DNA of 64,000 bases, from positions 96,001-160,000 of the forward strand of contig JAWLHR010000003.1 of assembly GCA_041690295.1 (NCBI GenBank). Direction: 5' to 3'. A model generated the notes under the pieces. It made no database searches, was not told the DNA's origin, and worked only from the letters and a program-made list of their open reading frames with translations. Below, in pieces: positions 61,210 through 64,000 of the stretch (its first letter is position 1; every line of letters starts with the position of its first letter). Made by a program: the position numbers and the translations under genes. This stretch comes from Bdellovibrionales bacterium (GTDB taxonomy: Bacteria; Bdellovibrionota; Bdellovibrionia; Bdellovibrionales; UBA1609).

Positions 61210-62535
61210 CTAAGGTCGGAGTTTGGCGCGCCGACGGACGCGATCCAATTGAAGGCGAGCTTCTTCCATTACGGCGGCATGATCATAAATTAAATGGCGG
61301 CCATCGGCGACGATCGGACGACCGTTTATCCAGACGTGGCTCACATCCCGTCCGGTGCTCGAATAAACCAGAGCGGAATAGGGATTCTCCACCGGGCAGT
61401 GCGCGGGATGTTTTCGACTCACGATGACCACATCCGCCCGTTTGCCGGGTTCAAGTGAACCAATTCGGTCTTCCGCGCCAAGCGCTTTGGCGCCAGCCAA
61501 AGTGGCCATTTCAAAAGCGTCCCTTGCGGGCAGGGCTTTCCCGCCGAACAAAGGTTTTTGCAGAAGAGCGGCCAAGCGCATTTCCATGAAGGGATCCATC
61601 ATATTGTTGCAAGGGGCGCCGTCCGCTCCGAGAGCCACGGTGATTTTTTTTCGCCGGTACTCGGCCACTTTCGCGATCCCGCTCGCGAGCTTTAAGTTGG
61701 AGCTGGGACAGTGAACGATCGCCGTGCGCGCCCGCGCGATGTCGGAAATCTCCCGCGATGTCAGATGGATCCCATGGGCGAGAACGGTGTGCCTTCCCAA
61801 GGCGCCGATCTTTCTTAAATAACGAACGTTATCAAGGCCGGTGCGCTTTTTGACCAGCGCCACTTCATCTTTATTTTCCGAGGCGTGGGTGTGGAACAAG
61901 AGTTGGTGTTCCCGCTGGAGCCGCAATGATTCCAAAAGAAGCTTTTCCGTGCACGAAATCACAAAGCGGGGACTGACCGCATAGTGAATTAAGGGGTTGC
62001 GGCCATGCCATTCGTCGATCAACTTTCGCGAGTAAGCCAGTGTGTCTTCCGTGGAGCGAAAGAGAGGGCCCGAGGAGCCCTTTCGGTCCATCAGGCAATT
62101 TCCGCCCCAGTAGCGCATGCCGGATTTTTCCGCCTCTTCGAAAACCGCTTCATGTAAATCGACCGTGCCCATGTCGAGGATTGAAGTTGTTCCCGCAAGT
62201 TGCATTTCCAGCAAACCCAGCCTGGCGGACGCGCGCAGACTGGCTTCATCATGGGCCTTTTCCAACGGCCAAATGCGAAGACGCAGCCATTGTAGAAGTT
62301 CAAGATCGTCCGCCCAACCACGGAATAATGTTTGGCAGAGATGAGTGTGGGCCTGAATCAAACCGGGTATGACAAAACCGTTTTGAGCATCGACGATCGT
62401 TTCGCCGGCCCGCGGTTGCAGATGCGGCGCGATCTCCGCGATCGTCCCGTCCTTCAGGCGGATATCGCCGTGAACGATTTCCCGCTTTTTGTTCATGGTG
62501 ACGATCACGCCACCTTGGATCAAAACCGAACTCAT
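61210..62535 (-). CDS. Amidohydrolase, MtaD/deoxyadenosine deaminase-like
   Basis: HTH metal motif, HASE, CPSSNLKLASG, GADG. Confidence 0.9.
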   Translation of the reverse strand: MSSVLIQGGVIVTMNKKREIVHGDIRLKDGTIAEIAPHLQPRAGETIVDAQNGFVIPGLIQAHTHLCQTLFRGWADDLELLQWLRLRIWPLEKAHDEASLRASARLGLLEMQLAGTTSILDMGTVDLHEAVFEEAEKSGMRYWGGNCLMDRKGSSGPLFRSTEDTLAYSRKLIDEWHGRNPLIHYAVSPRFVISCTEKLLLESLRLQREHQLLFHTHASENKDEVALVKKRTGLDNVRYLRKIGALGRHTVLAHGIHLTSREISDIARARTAIVHCPSSNLKLASGIAKVAEYRRKKITVALGADGAPCNNMMDPFMEMRLAALLQKPLFGGKALPARDAFEMATLAGAKALGAEDRIGSLEPGKRADVVIVSRKHPAHCPVENPYSALVYSSTGRDVSHVWINGRPIVADGRHLIYDHAAVMEEARLQLDRVRRRAKLRP

Positions 62536-63356
62536 AAAACGGACTTCAACTTTTTAACAAAATTCACAAGTGCGCGCGCGAAAACTTTTTCAACCTTTTG
62601 CGCGACCTCTTTCACTTCCTCGTGATTTAACTTGTGGCGGGTCAATCCGGTGCCCAGATTGGTGATGCAGCTCAGACCCGCCACGCGAAGACCCGCGTGT
62701 CGCGCGGCGATCACTTCCGCTACCGTGGACATGCCCACGGCCCCACCGCCGATTTTACTGTAGAATTGAATTTCGGCGGCGGTTTCATAGGTCGGACCCA
62801 TCACGCCCACATAAACTCCTTCGAAGACCCGGGCTTTCTCGGAACGAAAAGAATCCTTCAGCATTTTCCGCAAATTTTTGTCATAAGGATCGGTCATGTC
62901 CACGAACCGAGGACCCCGCTCCCAATTGGGCCCGCGCAACGGGTTGCATCCGGTGAGGTTGATATGGTCTTTGATCACCATGAAATCGCCCGGTTTCATC
63001 ACCCGCTTCAAACCGCCGGCGGCGTTGGTGACGACCAGGTTTTCGATCCCCAGCTTGGCCAAAGCTCGCACGGGATAAATCACATCACTGTAATCATGTC
63101 CTTCATAGGCATGTAAGCGGCCTTGCATGACCGCCACTTCAATTCCAGCAAGGCGACCAAGAACCAATCGCCCGGGATGACCAGACACGGACGTTTTGGC
63201 GAAATGCGGGAGGTCGTTGAATGGAATGGAAACTGGATTTTCAATTTGGTCGGCGAAGTTGGCGAGCCCCGAACCCAATATAAATCCCAGGCGCGGTGAA
63301 TGGTCGGACTTCTGGCGAATGTGACGAACGGTTTCTTCGAGCTTTTGGTCGATCAT
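62532..63356 (-). CDS. punA: Purine nucleoside phosphorylase (trimeric type)
   Basis: LGSGL, GR.H.YEG, GPTYET.AE, VGMST. Confidence 0.94.
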   Translation of the reverse strand: MIDQKLEETVRHIRQKSDHSPRLGFILGSGLANFADQIENPVSIPFNDLPHFAKTSVSGHPGRLVLGRLAGIEVAVMQGRLHAYEGHDYSDVIYPVRALAKLGIENLVVTNAAGGLKRVMKPGDFMVIKDHINLTGCNPLRGPNWERGPRFVDMTDPYDKNLRKMLKDSFRSEKARVFEGVYVGVMGPTYETAAEIQFYSKIGGGAVGMSTVAEVIAARHAGLRVAGLSCITNLGTGLTRHKLNHEEVKEVAQKVEKVFARALVNFVKKLKSVL

Positions 63357-64000
63357 GTGATTACCTTCGCGATGAGCGGTGCGGCGGCGCTCGGTTGATG
63401 CTCGATCACATAACTATTTTCAATTTCGTTAAGCGCGAGATTCAATCCGTGATCCAGATTGTAATGAATATCCATGAGCCGATCACCCGTCTTCACCGGA
63501 GCTCCATTCTGGCAGTACACTTCAATTCCCGCCGCGTGATCGATGGGATCTCCCTTTAAGCGGCGACCGGCGCCCAGATGAATACAGGCGTTCCCAACTC
63601 GTTCAAGATCGGTAAAGCGGAAATAACCATCGCGCTTCGCGGTGATCGTGTGGACTTTTTTGGCCACGGGAAATGATTCTGGAAGGCGTCCGTTTTGGGC
63701 CTGACAAAGCTCTTCGAATTTGCGCAACGCCGATCCGTTATTCACCAGATCGCGCGCCAGTAAGCGGGCTTCTTCCAAATTCTGGGATTTTCCGCCGAGG
63801 TGGATCATGTGAGCGGACAATTCCAAACTCAGTTCCAGCGTGTCGGAGTAATCCTTGCCGGGCGCGGAACTTTTATGGCCCTTTAAGATGTCCAGACATT
63901 CGCGCACTTCCAATACGTTGCCGACAAAGCGGCCGAGCGGTTCATCCATGCGGGTCAGGAACACGGCGATTTTTTTGCCAAAGCCTTCGCCGACCTCTTT
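63353..64000 (-). CDS. pdp: Pyrimidine-nucleoside/thymidine phosphorylase, 3' part (5' end outside window)
   Basis: TRMDEPLG..VGN.LEV.E, LGAGR....D.ID; frame open to the window edge. Confidence 0.92.
   Translation of the reverse strand, partial: KEVGEGFGKKIAVFLTRMDEPLGRFVGNVLEVRECLDILKGHKSSAPGKDYSDTLELSLELSAHMIHLGGKSQNLEEARLLARDLVNNGSALRKFEELCQAQNGRLPESFPVAKKVHTITAKRDGYFRFTDLERVGNACIHLGAGRRLKGDPIDHAAGIEVYCQNGAPVKTGDRLMDIHYNLDHGLNLALNEIENSYVIEHQPSAAAPLIAKVIT

Overview
Origin-proximal, mostly core segment of a bacterial chromosome. Gene order and content suggest a Bdellovibrionota-like organism (inference). Order: rpmH (3' end)-rnpA-yidD-yidC-jag-mnmE-mnmG-rsmG, two perfect parS sites, a coiled-coil lipoprotein, parA-parB-bactofilin, atpF'FHAGDC (no atpB/E), nagZ, an outer-membrane barrel, an aminotransferase, mfd, a membrane-arm-only nuoAHJKLMN cluster, an RlmM-like methyltransferase, patatin, an HTH/coiled-coil protein, lon, a dksA-like gene, a LpoA-like gene, dnaJ-grpE-hemW, an M16 peptidase, tatB/C, methylmalonyl-CoA mutase with propionyl-CoA carboxylase, asnS, an S8 protease, a DedA-oxidoreductase fusion and an epimerase. 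An accessory block follows (IS1-like element, lipoprotein, XRE-ABC1 kinase fusion, membrane protein), then a nucleoside-salvage operon. The strongest unexplained signal is a 10-bp palindromic motif, TGANTANTCA, clustered at two places: around parS/parA and across the promoter of a RacA-like HTH/coiled-coil gene. This suggests an undescribed second centromere-binding system. Other signals are GTAG REP-like repeats that supply stop codons, an IS1-like transposase with a DDN triad, and an XRE-UbiB kinase fusion with candidate operators. All motif counts were made by eye and no database search was run.
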